DNA from: Escherichia phage vB_Eco_F27
DNA length: 64,000 nucleotides
Sequence record: OP870146.1
Direction: 5' to 3' (one strand)
Part shown: positions 1-10,845 of the stretch, piece after piece
How the letters are laid out: every line of letters starts with the position of its first letter
How positions within the stretch are numbered: position 1 is the first letter of the stretch
Translations under genes and position numbers: made by a program
Notes under the pieces: generated by a model
Told to the model about the DNA's origin: nothing
The model's input: the letters and a program-made list of their open reading frames with translations, nothing else
Database searches by the model: none

Positions 1-2275
1 ATTCTTCACCTTCTTGAAGCATACGACGAATACATTCTTTAAGAGCTTTCTGTACTGCTTTAGGGGTCGAAGATTTCTGAGTTTCTAGACCCATGATTTT
101 GAGTTTAGGCTCGGCGTAACGAGTACCTTCCATATCCCACACGTTTAATGCATAACGTTTCTTACCAGTCCAGAATCCACCAATACCTTTAGAACCGAGC
201 GGAGGACCAGCGATAGCTTCTCGGTCCATGAACATTAAGTGTTGTTTATTGTTCATGTATTCACACATTTCACGGAAACCTCTATCAATAGCAGGTTCCA
301 TACGTTCACGTGCAAACTTATCTAAGAAGTCTACCCAATGGTTAGTATCGCGGAATTTAGATTCACCGACCTTATCGATAATTTTATCGGCGGATACGTA
401 AATAGAGTCTGTATCACCATAAAGAACGAAAGCTTCACCTTCTGTACCACAAACTTCATTCAGATATTCATTAACTTTACGTTCAATCCACTGTAAAGCC
501 ATTTGACCAAATGTTGTGATTGCAGTTGCATTACGCAAATCGTAATAACGGAACCAAACGTTTCCAAGTGCACCATAAAGCGAGTTGATAAGCAATTTAC
601 GGTTAATTTGTGCAGTCATACCTGCAACTTCAGTACGTTGAGCTCTAAACAACATTTCATTAAGAGATTTAGCAGACAACTTTTTAATCTTTTCTTTAAT
701 CTCATCACTGAAGTCGAAACGATAATCAACATCTAATGGTTCGTCAACAGAAAGATTAGGATTATGCAATGCCTCTTTAATTATTTCGCCATTACGTTGA
801 GCTGCAAGCATGTAACCTTTATGTTCTTTACGTTGATTAAAGACCTTAGTGATTTCAGTTGGAACTACACCATCACGGTCTTTATAATACATCATGCCGT
901 TAGGAGAGCAACTGTACACATCTGAAGGACGTTCAGCGATTGCGTTAATATAATCATGCAGTGGAGCTACTTTAAACGTTCCTGCTATTGTTTCAGGGCT
1001 AATATTCACTTGGCGAATAATACTTGGATACAGAGATGTAAGGTCGAAACTCATTACATATTTGTATCGATTTGGAATAGGTTCCTTAACAAAAGCGCCA
1101 GGATAAGGTTGAACCGGGTGAGAACGACCTTGTGGAATCACCTTGTTCTGCTCTTTAAGGCTATTAAAAATAATAGCATCCCATGTTTTAATTGGACTGA
1201 ACACAGATTGAATCTGAATTTTAGCATAATAACCCATGTCCAAACTCAAGTTGATGAACTGACGCTTAGCATCAATTTGCAATACACGATATACGTCGAT
1301 AATGTTATAAGAAATATATCGTTGGTGATTGCTTTCACGAAGTTTAGAAATAGGACCGTCGTATTTCAGTTTACCAACGTTCAATTCAAATTCTGAAATG
1401 TAATCCAGAGAATACGACGGTTGGTTCGTGAAAGAGAACTTTTTGTAAAGGTCAATGTAATCAAGAACAGAGATACCGAACAATGTAATGATTTCACGAG
1501 AACCATACATGTTTTCGATAACTTTAACACGAGTTTTACGATGTGGTGATAAACGTTTAGCGGTAGATTCGCCAAAAATATTCTTGATTCGGTTATACAC
1601 ATATGGAATATCAAATGACTCAACGTTCCATCCAGTCAAAATGACAGGAGTTTTCTGTTGCCAGAAATTGAGATATTCCATCAATAATTCTTTTTCATTA
1701 TCAAACGGCATATAAACAATTTTGTCGATAATTTCGGATGGAACTTCATCACCACCTTGTTCTTGAAGCTTAGCCGCAATTTCGATAGACCATTCTTCTA
1801 CATTACCATATGGAGAATTCAATAGATCAAATACGTAGAACCTGTCGTCAATTGAGTCATAATGGGTGATAGCATCAATCGGATGTTTTGCTTGTGACGG
1901 CTCAGGGAACCCGTCCGGAGATGTTACTTCGATGTCGAAGTTAGCCACACGAATTTTTGTATGGTCGTATTTGATTTCATAGTTATAAGTGTCAGACAAA
2001 TACGCCAATTTGAAATCGTCCATGCCAAGTGCTTCAAGTCCGATATCTTCCATGCGTTTAATCCATTGTGAGGCATCACGCATATTAGCGAACAACTTAC
2101 GAGTACACGGCTTACCATAGATATCGAAATATTTCGTAGCCTGACTTTCTGGACAATGAGCAAACAGTGATGGTTTATATTCTACTTCACGAGTACGTTC
2201 ACGGCCATTAGAATCGATGTAACGTTCAAAAATTGAATCACCGATCTGTTCAACCGTTAAGTAAAATTCTTTCAT
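1..2275 (-). CDS. 43: DNA polymerase gp43, N-terminal ~758 codons (partial, continues past window start)
   Basis: Minus-strand translation starts MKEFYLTVEQIGDSIFER at 2275 and reads ...KIMGLETQKSSTPKAVQKALKECIRRMLQEGEE at the window edge, matching T4 gp43 as I recall it. Not in ORF track because it is truncated. Confidence 0.9.
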   Translation of the reverse strand, partial: MKEFYLTVEQIGDSIFERYIDSNGRERTREVEYKPSLFAHCPESQATKYFDIYGKPCTRKLFANMRDASQWIKRMEDIGLEALGMDDFKLAYLSDTYNYEIKYDHTKIRVANFDIEVTSPDGFPEPSQAKHPIDAITHYDSIDDRFYVFDLLNSPYGNVEEWSIEIAAKLQEQGGDEVPSEIIDKIVYMPFDNEKELLMEYLNFWQQKTPVILTGWNVESFDIPYVYNRIKNIFGESTAKRLSPHRKTRVKVIENMYGSREIITLFGISVLDYIDLYKKFSFTNQPSYSLDYISEFELNVGKLKYDGPISKLRESNHQRYISYNIIDVYRVLQIDAKRQFINLSLDMGYYAKIQIQSVFSPIKTWDAIIFNSLKEQNKVIPQGRSHPVQPYPGAFVKEPIPNRYKYVMSFDLTSLYPSIIRQVNISPETIAGTFKVAPLHDYINAIAERPSDVYSCSPNGMMYYKDRDGVVPTEITKVFNQRKEHKGYMLAAQRNGEIIKEALHNPNLSVDEPLDVDYRFDFSDEIKEKIKKLSAKSLNEMLFRAQRTEVAGMTAQINRKLLINSLYGALGNVWFRYYDLRNATAITTFGQMALQWIERKVNEYLNEVCGTEGEAFVLYGDTDSIYVSADKIIDKVGESKFRDTNHWVDFLDKFARERMEPAIDRGFREMCEYMNNKQHLMFMDREAIAGPPLGSKGIGGFWTGKKRYALNVWDMEGTRYAEPKLKIMGLETQKSSTPKAVQKALKECIRRMLQEGEE

Positions 2276-2336
2276 TTAATTTCCTTTAGACGAGTTATTG
2301 TCTTTTGTTTGTTGATGAACTTATTATACTCCAAAT

Positions 2337-2350
2337 GGGACCGAAGTCCC
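2337..2350 (-). promoter_or_regulatory. GGGACTTCGGTCCC stem-loop (UUCG tetraloop) between regA stop and gene 43 start
   Basis: Perfect inverted repeat seen in sequence; followed on the minus strand by GGAGTATAAT (-10-like). Role as terminator or gene 43 operator element is inferred. Confidence 0.45.
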
Positions 2351-2356
2351 ATTGCT

Positions 2357-2734
2357 TTAATTACCAATTGTATATTTTGCTTTCAAAGTCCAGTCATCTT
2401 TCTGTTTAAAAGAGATAACTCGGAAGTTATTAGTCAGGCCAAACAGATCTTCACGAGCAGAGTCTTCAATAACAATCAATCCCCAGTCTTCAAGCAACTG
2501 AGCAATCGAATCACGTCGTTGGTAGTCTTCACCATCGATATCAACTTGACGTCCGTCCATACGCAGCATTTCTTTAAAGTGGACGATATAGTATTTACCT
2601 TGCTTTTGGAGGATATGACAAGACTGGTAAAGGACTTTATCCTTGTTATTAGCGATGCCCATACGGGTCAAAGTCTCTTTGACTTTCAGAAAATCTTCAG
2701 GGTTCTTCAATTTAATTTCAATCATTTTTACCAT
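2357..2734 (-). CDS. regA: RegA translational repressor
   Basis: 125 aa, [56 protein letters not shown]...; position between 43 and 62. Confidence 0.9.
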   Translation of the reverse strand: MVKMIEIKLKNPEDFLKVKETLTRMGIANNKDKVLYQSCHILQKQGKYYIVHFKEMLRMDGRQVDIDGEDYQRRDSIAQLLEDWGLIVIEDSAREDLFGLTNNFRVISFKQKDDWTLKAKYTIGN

Positions 2735-3291
2735 TCCAATGCTAATTTTTTAAATTGTTTTTGTTCTTTCACATTTTTTGTAACTTCTTTGAGAAACTCA
2801 TCAGTGACCATGGCCTTCAGTTCTTTAAGGACTATTGGCAACTTGTTATTTTTTTCAAGGAGCCGCTTATACACAGTAGCATCATTCATGTTGATTGTGT
2901 AATGTTTCATCAACAGTTTGATAACTAGTAACTCTGAAGTGTCTTCGACTAGTTTAGCCCATTTAGAGAATCGTCGGCCACGTGGAATTGCCGCCATCAT
3001 ATAGTTGAAGTGCGCTTCATCACTTAATTCAGAACCGACCAAGTTCATCATGTAAACTGCGGGCATACATTCTGGAAACTGGGACAATGAGTTTTCAACC
3101 ATAAATTTTGAGTAGTCAACCTGAGCAATTGACATCGATTTCTTTTCATTAATTGCGTTAATGATTTTAAAGAATTCGTTCTCAGGTTTTTCTTTAAACA
3201 TGTCAGCACATTTTTGAATCGCATCAGCGTCGTTAGACTTCCATGCGATTTGGTGCTCGTTAAGTTGGACGTCATCATCAAATAAGTTCAT
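2728..3291 (-). CDS. 62: clamp loader small subunit gp62
   Basis: 187 aa, [32 protein letters not shown]...; overlaps regA start as in T4. Confidence 0.88.
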   Translation of the reverse strand: MNLFDDDVQLNEHQIAWKSNDADAIQKCADMFKEKPENEFFKIINAINEKKSMSIAQVDYSKFMVENSLSQFPECMPAVYMMNLVGSELSDEAHFNYMMAAIPRGRRFSKWAKLVEDTSELLVIKLLMKHYTINMNDATVYKRLLEKNNKLPIVLKELKAMVTDEFLKEVTKNVKEQKQFKKLALEW

Positions 3292-3292
3292 A

Positions 3293-4255
3293 TTATTTCC
3301 AAGTCAATTCACAAGTCAATTGAAGAAGCATATACATAACATGTAATTCAATATTACTAGCTAGTCCATGAAACTTATTATTTTCACCTGCAATTTCATA
3401 AAGCGAAATAATACTTTTACCTGGTGCGACTTTGTCATAACACTCAGAAACTAATTTATCGATGAACCATGAATAATCAGCGGCATATTTTGGAGCTAAT
3501 GCACGAAGCTGTTTGATATCTTTATTTTTCATTGCTTCTATGACATCATCTACCGTGCCACGATCATTGGTTACAATCGACAAAATACCTGCATCAAGAA
3601 CACCTTTAGACGAGTACTGGTCTAATTGACCAATTGTACGACGAAAGTCCGGGAAGTTCTTTTTAACCAGAGCTGCAACAACTTTCATGTCAGCGATTTC
3701 GATATTTTCGTTCTTACAGATTTCAACCATACGATGAATCATTTTCTTCATCATCGAGATTTTATCTTCTTCGGTTGGACGACCGAATTCGATAACTCGA
3801 CAACGACTACGTAACGGTTCGATAATTCCATCGATGTTGTTGGCAGTAATAATAATAGAACAGTTACTAGAGAATTCTTCCATGAATGTACGAAGGTGTC
3901 GTTGTGATTCAGCAAGGCCACTACGGTCAAATTCATCGATAACGATAACTTTAGGCTTGCCTTCCATTGAGACTGAACGAGCAAATGCAGTTAACGGACC
4001 GCGTACAAAATCAATTTTACAATCAGAACCGTTGACGAACATCATTTCAGCGTTGATATCGTTACATAATGCTTTTGCCACGGTTGTTTTACCGGTACCA
4101 GGAGAAGGAGAGTGTAAAATAATATGAGGAAGTTTTCCTTTAGATACTAAAGACTTGAATGTTTCATGGTCATACGCAGGCAGAATACATTCGTCAATGG
4201 AAGAAGGACGATATTTCTGTTCTAGAATGTGTTCTTTGGAATTGATAGTAATCAT
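3293..4255 (-). CDS. 44: clamp loader ATPase subunit gp44
   Basis: 320 aa; Walker [20 protein letters not shown]-like [11 protein letters not shown] motif; strong match to T4 gp44. Confidence 0.92.
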   Translation of the reverse strand: MITINSKEHILEQKYRPSSIDECILPAYDHETFKSLVSKGKLPHIILHSPSPGTGKTTVAKALCNDINAEMMFVNGSDCKIDFVRGPLTAFARSVSMEGKPKVIVIDEFDRSGLAESQRHLRTFMEEFSSNCSIIITANNIDGIIEPLRSRCRVIEFGRPTEEDKISMMKKMIHRMVEICKNENIEIADMKVVAALVKKNFPDFRRTIGQLDQYSSKGVLDAGILSIVTNDRGTVDDVIEAMKNKDIKQLRALAPKYAADYSWFIDKLVSECYDKVAPGKSIISLYEIAGENNKFHGLASNIELHVMYMLLQLTCELTWK

Positions 4256-4330
4256 GTAATTTTCCTCATTATCATTAAACTGGAGGATTTCTCCTCCATA
4301 ATCGTACTACATTAAACGTAAAGCTTTGAC

Positions 4331-5017
4331 TTAGAAGTCGTGAGTAGAATCGGCTTCCATCGCAATAACATAACTTACTTGAGAGCTTTCAAACTTGGCT
4401 GCAACTTTATCACCAGCTCCCCACAACATTACTTTATAGTTACCTGGCTGGATTTTCATATTAGCCATATTGATTACGAAGTTAAAGTTGTTAGAACCAT
4501 CATAATCGGTAAGAGTCAAAGAATACTTAGGACGAGTTAGTCCGGAATCTTCAACTTTATTATAGCCATTGATAACAATTTTACCATCTTTATTTGTAAT
4601 AGCAATTGTATCAATCTGAAGTCCACGTGAAACTCGAAGCAATTGTTGAAGGTCTTCAGCTTTAATTTCAGTAATCACAGAAGCCACTGGGAATTGAATT
4701 GGCTTATTAGGAAAAACAATGGTGCTCTTGTCGGCAGCAGGCCAATAAACTGTGGAACGTGTATCTGCAATTTTAATATTGCCATCAGTATGCATTGAAA
4801 TTTCGGCATCATCAGACACTAGACTCAAAATGCTTAAGAAGCTATTCAAATCATAAAGTGCTACGTCAAAATCAATTTCATCAGAGATATTTGCTTCCGC
4901 ATAAGTGGTGCCATTAACTGCGCGAGTCATAATAAATTTACCTTGACTCAGCAGAATGCCAGAGTTAATAGAGGCAAAGTTTTTCAGAATAGCGATAGTA
5001 TCTTTAGACAGTTTCAT
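4331..5017 (-). CDS. 45: sliding clamp gp45
   Basis: Start moved to the ATG at 5017 (MKLSKDTIAILKNFASINSG...) preceded by AAAGGAAAT; 228 aa as in T4. Confidence 0.92.
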   Translation of the reverse strand: MKLSKDTIAILKNFASINSGILLSQGKFIMTRAVNGTTYAEANISDEIDFDVALYDLNSFLSILSLVSDDAEISMHTDGNIKIADTRSTVYWPAADKSTIVFPNKPIQFPVASVITEIKAEDLQQLLRVSRGLQIDTIAITNKDGKIVINGYNKVEDSGLTRPKYSLTLTDYDGSNNFNFVINMANMKIQPGNYKVMLWGAGDKVAAKFESSQVSYVIAMEADSTHDF

Positions 5018-5059
5018 TTTATTTCCTTTCAAGACAATTCAAAGTTTATAACAAATTTA

Positions 5060-5476
5060 TTACGCAGCAACCATCTGCTTTTTAATAGCTTCAGGCAGTG
5101 ATTCAATATATTCTGGAATTTTAGAAGCAACAATTTCGCCAGCTGCAATTAGTTGTTCGTCGGCATCAACACAGTAAAAATCTTCAAGGCGTTCAGAACC
5201 GTCTTTATCAAGAACGATTTTAGCACCTGCTTCGATAGAATCTTTATAGTGCTTACGCATCAAATGAATCCACATATCAGACACATCGTTATCAATAAAA
5301 CCATAAATCATAAAACGAGTTTCTTGTGGCAAAGATTGGAGTTTTTTAGCACTTGCGTCATCACAATGCAGGACCCATGCTTTACGAACACGATTATGGT
5401 TATGTGGGTTAGCGTCAGTACGGATAGAAGTAACTTTCAGATCAGCAGCAGTGAAACCTTTAGCAGTAGTAAACAT
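5060..5476 (-). CDS. rpbA: RNA polymerase binding protein RpbA (positional and size match)
   Basis: 138 aa ORF between gene 45 and gene 46 region. Confidence 0.7.
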   Translation of the reverse strand: MFTTAKGFTAADLKVTSIRTDANPHNHNRVRKAWVLHCDDASAKKLQSLPQETRFMIYGFIDNDVSDMWIHLMRKHYKDSIEAGAKIVLDKDGSERLEDFYCVDADEQLIAAGEIVASKIPEYIESLPEAIKKQMVAA

Positions 5477-5488
5477 ATTATTTCTCTC

Positions 5489-5689
5489 TTATTCGTAGAA
5501 GTCGGTAACTGTCCATGCGGAATTGCGATTAGACATTATTTTATTATACTCATCTTTAAAAGCAGATTTGAGCATTTGTTCAGTAACAATATGTTCTTCA
5601 CCTGAAAACGTATTGGTCAAAACATATTTTTTAATTTCAGGGACAACGAGAAGATGTTGTCCAGTTGAATACTCCATGTTGTTCTCCAT
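5489..5689 (-). CDS. hypothetical protein (45.2 position)
   Basis: 66 aa ORF, co-oriented and tightly packed. Confidence 0.5.
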   Translation of the reverse strand: MENNMEYSTGQHLLVVPEIKKYVLTNTFSGEEHIVTEQMLKSAFKDEYNKIMSNRNSAWTVTDFYE

Positions 5690-5731
5690 TTAATTTGATG
5701 TGGTCATTATAACCACATCGTGTTAAAGCGT

Positions 5732-7420
5732 TTATGAAACAGTCATTACAGTAAATCGTCCAACTTTGCTCATTTGCAAATGTTGTCCATAACGTTGAGG
5801 GTCATGGTCCCTATGAGAAATAATGAACACGTTAGTATTTTGTAAACTTCCAAGAATGGTATCTATAGCCTTAACAGCTTCAGAATCAACTGCCCCATCA
5901 AAAACCTCATCAAGAATCAGAGTGTTGATTTTAACACCAGAGACCTTTTCAGCAATATCTCGCCATGTAAACAACAACGCGATATCAATGCGTGCTTTTT
6001 CACCTTGACTAAATGAAGCATAACTAAAATCTTCACGACCACGTGATTTTATAGATTCATTGAATTCTTCATCAATAGAAAACACGTAATCAGCTTCCAT
6101 AATTTTAAGATAATGGTTAATCTGCTTGTTGAACAGAGGCACATATTTTTTAATGATAGCACCTTTAATACCAGAATCTTTTAACATATCTGTGATAATA
6201 CCACGATGGTATTTTTCAAGAACGGTATCCGATTTTGTTTTAATGATTTTATCAAGTTCTTTTTGAAGCAAAGCTATCTCATCGGCATGGTCGATAAATT
6301 CTGCTGAGGCTTGCTCTATTGCAGCTTTAACTTTCTTAGCTTTATCAATAGTGGCAATCATTGCTTGTTTCTTGGTACGAATATCAGATGCAAGGTCCTG
6401 CTTAGTCTTAACATTAGCTCTATATTCATCAACTAGGACACTCAGATTATCTCTGTGACAGGTAAGTTGCTCGAATGAGTGATTACATTCATGAAGCTTA
6501 TCGGTAATCTTAGAGACAATAGGGTCACCCTGGTGCAATTGTGATGCACAAGTAGGACATGTGCCACCGTCATGATACATCTTAATAACTTTGTTATATG
6601 AGTCAATTTTAGATTTAATCAAGAATGCTTCTTGTCCTATCTTATTGAATGCCTCAGTAGGGTCTTCATCAAGAACGATATTAAGTAGTCGCTCATTAGC
6701 TTCTTCGATTTCTGCTTTTAATGAACGAGCTTCTTTGGCTAGGTCGTCATACATATTCTGTAGACGCGCTACATTATCACCAGATAATTTCTTTTGACGT
6801 TCGATATTCTCATTATAAATCTTAATTTGTTGGATAACACCATCTTTCTTGGCATCGAGAACTTGCCCCTGGGAATTAAGTTCGCGAACTTGAGACTTAT
6901 TGATTTTATCCATTTCAGCGAGTGTGCCGACTTCTAAAAGGTCTTCGACAAGTTTTCTACGAGCAGGGGTGCTAAGAGCCATGAAAGGGGTATACCCTGC
7001 CGTCCCAAGCACAACGATCTGTTTAAAAGACGCGTATGACATTCCGATGCTACGTTCAAATTCTTCTTGGAAGTCACGACTGCTGGCAGATTCATCGAGA
7101 CGAACACCGTCAACGGAGATTTCGAAAATATTGGGCTTTTGGCCGCGTCTAATGAAGTATTTTTTATCATCGAATTCCATCCAAAGCTCAACTAAGAGCT
7201 CTTTCTTGTTCGTGCTATTAATGATTTGTCCTTTCTTAACATCACGAAATGGTTTACCGAAAAGTCCGAAAGTAATGGCTTCTAACATCGTAGATTTACC
7301 ACCGCCATTTTTACCAGTGATTAATGTCTTTTGGACTTTATCTAATTGGATATCAATAGGATTCCCACCTACCGACATGATGTTTTGATAACGAACACGA
7401 TTTAATTTAAATGATTTCAT
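5732..7420 (-). CDS. 46: recombination endonuclease subunit gp46 (SbcC/Rad50-like ATPase)
   Basis: 562 aa; N-terminal Walker A GKNGGGKST, long coiled-coil middle, C-terminal Walker B LILDEVFDG. Confidence 0.92.
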   Translation of the reverse strand: MKSFKLNRVRYQNIMSVGGNPIDIQLDKVQKTLITGKNGGGKSTMLEAITFGLFGKPFRDVKKGQIINSTNKKELLVELWMEFDDKKYFIRRGQKPNIFEISVDGVRLDESASSRDFQEEFERSIGMSYASFKQIVVLGTAGYTPFMALSTPARRKLVEDLLEVGTLAEMDKINKSQVRELNSQGQVLDAKKDGVIQQIKIYNENIERQKKLSGDNVARLQNMYDDLAKEARSLKAEIEEANERLLNIVLDEDPTEAFNKIGQEAFLIKSKIDSYNKVIKMYHDGGTCPTCASQLHQGDPIVSKITDKLHECNHSFEQLTCHRDNLSVLVDEYRANVKTKQDLASDIRTKKQAMIATIDKAKKVKAAIEQASAEFIDHADEIALLQKELDKIIKTKSDTVLEKYHRGIITDMLKDSGIKGAIIKKYVPLFNKQINHYLKIMEADYVFSIDEEFNESIKSRGREDFSYASFSQGEKARIDIALLFTWRDIAEKVSGVKINTLILDEVFDGAVDSEAVKAIDTILGSLQNTNVFIISHRDHDPQRYGQHLQMSKVGRFTVMTVS

Positions 7421-7671
7421 ATGTATTCTCTTCGAATGAAGTCCTCTACATATTTTAACATGTCATCTCTATCAGCAAAATATTCATCTAGTTCTGCATA
7501 CATAACAACACCTGGTGCGTACTCACAGGTAACATACATTGTTCCAAAGAAACGAGGAGTTGATTCCTCGTAATTCTCAGTCCATTCAACGATACCAATA
7601 TAGCCGTCACCAATACTAAATTCATGACGATGGATTTCATAATCAGTCTTCGTCATTATACGCATCCTCAA
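7417..7671 (-). CDS. hypothetical protein (46.1 position)
   Basis: 84 aa ORF overlapping gene 46 start by 4 nt. Confidence 0.5.
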   Translation of the reverse strand: MRMRIMTKTDYEIHRHEFSIGDGYIGIVEWTENYEESTPRFFGTMYVTCEYAPGVVMYAELDEYFADRDDMLKYVEDFIRREYI

Positions 7672-7900
7672 TACACGCTTCAGCCATTTTAATAATAGAG
7701 CCGGGAGTATCGTTGTCCATTATATTAAAGCTAAATTCAATAGCCCAGTCGGTGCAGACATGAACTGCTTTAACTTCATTGCCTTCAACGCGTAATGGCT
7801 CAATCCAATACTTGATGGTGTTCTCGAATCCATCATCATCTTTAACGTCTATTTCAACTTCAAGCCCGAGCCCAGCATTGTTAAATTCATCTAAAGTCAT
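7643..7900 (-). CDS. hypothetical acidic protein (46.2 position)
   Basis: 85 aa ORF. Confidence 0.5.
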   Translation of the reverse strand: MTLDEFNNAGLGLEVEIDVKDDDGFENTIKYWIEPLRVEGNEVKAVHVCTDWAIEFSFNIMDNDTPGSIIKMAEACIEDAYNDED

Positions 7901-8916
7901 TGTGTTGCCTCAATATAAAGTTCGTTGGAATATTTGACCAGCGCTTCTCTGTCTTCGTCTGAGATATCTGGAATCGCGTCAATATATTCTTTAATGATAT
8001 CTTGAAGTGATTTAATCTCGATTTCCTGGTCGTCATCAGATTCAACACTGTTATCAACTTTAGAAACCATACGAAGAGAGTGAACTACTTTTTCAAGTTC
8101 AGATTCAAACTTAGTCAACTCTGAATCAATTTCTGATACTATAACACGTACGGCTAGATTAGTATAATCAGAATAATTAATTTTGCCTTTAAACGGATAA
8201 GTGATTCGTCGATGCCATGTTGTTTCATTAGGAATAAATTCCATACGTTCAACATCAGTGTCAAATACCCAGAATCCGCGTGGGTCGTTCTCATCGCCTG
8301 CAGTAAGGGTCCATGGTGTCCCAATATATTTGACGTTAGCAGCTTCAGAGATTGTGTGGAAGTGGCCGGACCAGACTTGTTTATAGGTCTTTAAGAAATC
8401 AGGTTCAAGCCCATGAGACTTCATTCCTTTATAGAAATAAAAGCCATTCAGTTCCCAGTGACCAACACAATACGCAGCAGAAGAAGTCTTGATGTGCTCT
8501 AATATTTCACCTGTATTTTCTTCACACATCCATGGAACGATATCAATCAGACATCCGTCAAAATCTACAGTAGTCGGATGCTCGTAAATAGTAAAGTTTT
8601 CAAATTGAGTTAACAATTCAGAAACAGTGTTAGGTGTTATTGTATTCTTAAACGCCATGTCATGGTTTCCTATCGTGACATGAACGTGAATGCCTGCTTT
8701 AGAAATCATATCAACGATTTCACGATTGAATTCCATTGTACGATGTGTTATTGCTTTACGGACGTCAAACCAATCACCGTACTGAATCCAAGTTTTAATC
8801 CCGTGTTTCTTAGAGTATTCAATTGCTTGATGAATACCATCACGTTGAATATCTTGAACCCATGGGTCGTCTTGTTTGACTCCGATATGGAAGTCGCCTA
8901 AGTGCAAAATTTTCAT
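7897..8916 (-). CDS. 47: recombination endonuclease subunit gp47 (Mre11/SbcD-like phosphoesterase)
   Basis: 339 aa; MKILHLGDFHIG, GDWFD, GNHD phosphoesterase motifs. Confidence 0.92.
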   Translation of the reverse strand: MKILHLGDFHIGVKQDDPWVQDIQRDGIHQAIEYSKKHGIKTWIQYGDWFDVRKAITHRTMEFNREIVDMISKAGIHVHVTIGNHDMAFKNTITPNTVSELLTQFENFTIYEHPTTVDFDGCLIDIVPWMCEENTGEILEHIKTSSAAYCVGHWELNGFYFYKGMKSHGLEPDFLKTYKQVWSGHFHTISEAANVKYIGTPWTLTAGDENDPRGFWVFDTDVERMEFIPNETTWHRRITYPFKGKINYSDYTNLAVRVIVSEIDSELTKFESELEKVVHSLRMVSKVDNSVESDDDQEIEIKSLQDIIKEYIDAIPDISDEDREALVKYSNELYIEATQ

Positions 8917-8961
8917 ATTATTTCCTCATTAGTTAATTCATTCTATCATCCGTTTATAAAG

Positions 8962-8987
8962 CAAAAAAAGGAACTCCGAAGAGTTCC
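8962..8987 (-). terminator. intrinsic terminator, GGAACTC-TTCG-GAGTTCC followed by U7
   Basis: Perfect 7-bp stem with UUCG loop and T-run on the minus strand, seen directly. Confidence 0.7.
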
Positions 8988-9199
8988 TATCCACATAGTA
9001 CACCATACAGAGGCTCATTTGAACTTTTAAATCGAATGGGCTTGTACGTAATAGTTCCTTCGGCTTTAGCTTTATCATAAGACTCTTTAAAACGTCTCAT
9101 TCTTTCTGCTTTGCCTTTACGGATTTTATCGAAATTTTCAGAAGTCGGGATGTTCGTCATGCATAAGCACCTCTCAGAAAATACCTAAACCGATTTCTC

Positions 9200-9421
9200 T
9201 CATTGTTTCCACCATTTCTTAACTTGAAATGAATCAACCCACACGAGTTGTTTTGGGTCTGCCTTTACAATAGGCGGACAAATTTCTGTAATAGAACCGT
9301 CATGATATTCCTTTTCAGAAATTTTAACACAAAGAGGACCTCCCAATTTAAGGGTGAACCCTGCGTTCAGCTTCAGACGTTTAAACTTTGTTTGAACTAG
9401 CGCCATTAATGATGTCCTCAA
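9200..9421 (-). CDS. hypothetical protein
   Basis: 73 aa ORF; start uncertain, overlaps the next ORF. Confidence 0.35.
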   Translation of the reverse strand: MRTSLMALVQTKFKRLKLNAGFTLKLGGPLCVKISEKEYHDGSITEICPPIVKADPKQLVWVDSFQVKKWWKQ

Positions 9422-9704
9422 TAGCCTGACGAGTAGTAACCCACTGGATTTTAATTAACTTGTCATTATATGGTTGTCGTAGAATATCCCGAGATTTCTT
9501 AATAGCATATTCGTAAGCTTCGAAGTTGTTTTGAATTGCTGCTTCTTGAGCATGTGCATAAAGACGGTTTAGTTCAAAACGATTCTTTTTAAGAATCTTT
9601 TCGGATTTTTTACGTGCTTCAGCTTCATTTTTCTTTTGGATTTCTTGTAGCATTTTAGCTACTGCATCTTCTGCTTCTTTATTTTCAATAATCTCGGTAG
9701 TCAT
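9381..9704 (-). CDS. hypothetical protein (Lys/Glu-rich)
   Basis: 107 aa ORF downstream of gene 55. Confidence 0.45.
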   Translation of the reverse strand: MTTEIIENKEAEDAVAKMLQEIQKKNEAEARKKSEKILKKNRFELNRLYAHAQEAAIQNNFEAYEYAIKKSRDILRQPYNDKLIKIQWVTTRQAIEDIINGASSNKV

Positions 9705-9705
9705 A

Positions 9706-9921
9706 TTATCTCATTAAATTAAAATAAAAACGTCCGTCCTCTTCAATACAGAACTCGTACTCAACTGGAGTTCCATTTATCGAAAATGACACGTCATGTG
9801 GGTTCAAAGGGTCGATGTCAAAATTAATTTTAAATTCTCGACCCAACAGTTTTACCAAATAAGGGATTGCTTCGTCAAAAGGTTCTTCTAAGTAGTTAGA
9901 GATGTCAATTGTCATCCTCAT
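9706..9921 (-). CDS. hypothetical protein
   Basis: ORF track 9706..9999 overlaps the gene 55 end; likely starts at an internal Met (MRMTIDIS...). Confidence 0.35.
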   Translation of the reverse strand: MRMTIDISNYLEEPFDEAIPYLVKLLGREFKINFDIDPLNPHDVSFSINGTPVEYEFCIEEDGRFYFNLMR

Positions 9922-10480
9922 ATAAAAAATCCAAACTAGGCGAATCGCTAACAACTTCCTTCTTTTCAGCCCCAGGAGCTTTATAAGCGGATTCTTCATA
10001 ATGCGTCATTTTATCGTAGATGTCTTGAATAAACGTTTCATCTACCAACGCTACCATATCATCGTCATGACTGTCGTAGACATTATGAACGAAGTAACTA
10101 TATTTCTTTGCAACTTCCTTACGTTCTTTTTTGATACGTTGGACAAAAGCATTAAAACAAGCTCGAGTTATGTATGCATGTGGGTTATTGTACTTAGTTT
10201 CGTCGAAATTATGAAGTCCCTTAATAGAGGCTTCAATCCCATCTGCAATCATCTCCTGCTTCCAAGACTGGGTATATCCTGAAAAGTTGAAACGTTTGGA
10301 CAGGCCTTCGGCGATAAGCATAATTGCTAAACCGATGGTATCATTCTGACGAATAATTTTGTTTGGGTCTTTATTATTTAAGAGCTCCTTTTTCCATTCG
10401 ATTATAGCGGCGAGAAGCTCTTTATTATTCACATAGTTATTTTTAGGTTTTTGTTCAGTCATAAGTACCTCTTGGCTCAA
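9905..10480 (-). CDS. 55: late transcription sigma factor gp55
   Basis: 191 aa; ...[87 protein letters not shown]... near-identical to T4 gp55 as recalled. Confidence 0.92.
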   Translation of the reverse strand: MSQEVLMTEQKPKNNYVNNKELLAAIIEWKKELLNNKDPNKIIRQNDTIGLAIMLIAEGLSKRFNFSGYTQSWKQEMIADGIEASIKGLHNFDETKYNNPHAYITRACFNAFVQRIKKERKEVAKKYSYFVHNVYDSHDDDMVALVDETFIQDIYDKMTHYEESAYKAPGAEKKEVVSDSPSLDFLYEDDN

Positions 10481-10617
10481 TTCATAGGTCTATTATATCA
10501 TAATATTTAGAGACCTATCTTAAAGCACGAGATACTATCAAAGATACGTAACTTTTATAAAGTTGTCGACTTAAAATTCACCAAACTTTTCTTCGGTTAT
10601 AGTGATTCGAGATAGTT

Positions 10618-10845
10618 TCATTCTATTTCCTTTGCTGCAAATAAGGCAGCATCCAACGAATCAAATTGGTCAACGAAATCAATATTCAACGCATCGTCAA
10701 CCGTAGCATATAACCACCATTGTTTGAATTCGTATTCTAGAATAAATCCAGGACCTTCAATCTGAGGAAGACCTAGGCTATTTGTACCAACTTCGTAACC
10801 AGCTAGACGCAAGTCATTAATCAAAGTTTCTGTTAATACGCTCAT
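10618..10845 (-). CDS. hypothetical protein (55.x region)
   Basis: 75 aa ORF. Confidence 0.45.
   Translation of the reverse strand: MSVLTETLINDLRLAGYEVGTNSLGLPQIEGPGFILEYEFKQWWLYATVDDALNIDFVDQFDSLDAALFAAKEIE

Noticed and set aside
2337-2350. Stem-loop called as a classical rho-independent terminator for regA
   Set aside because: No U-run follows on the transcribed strand; kept as a generic regulatory hairpin.
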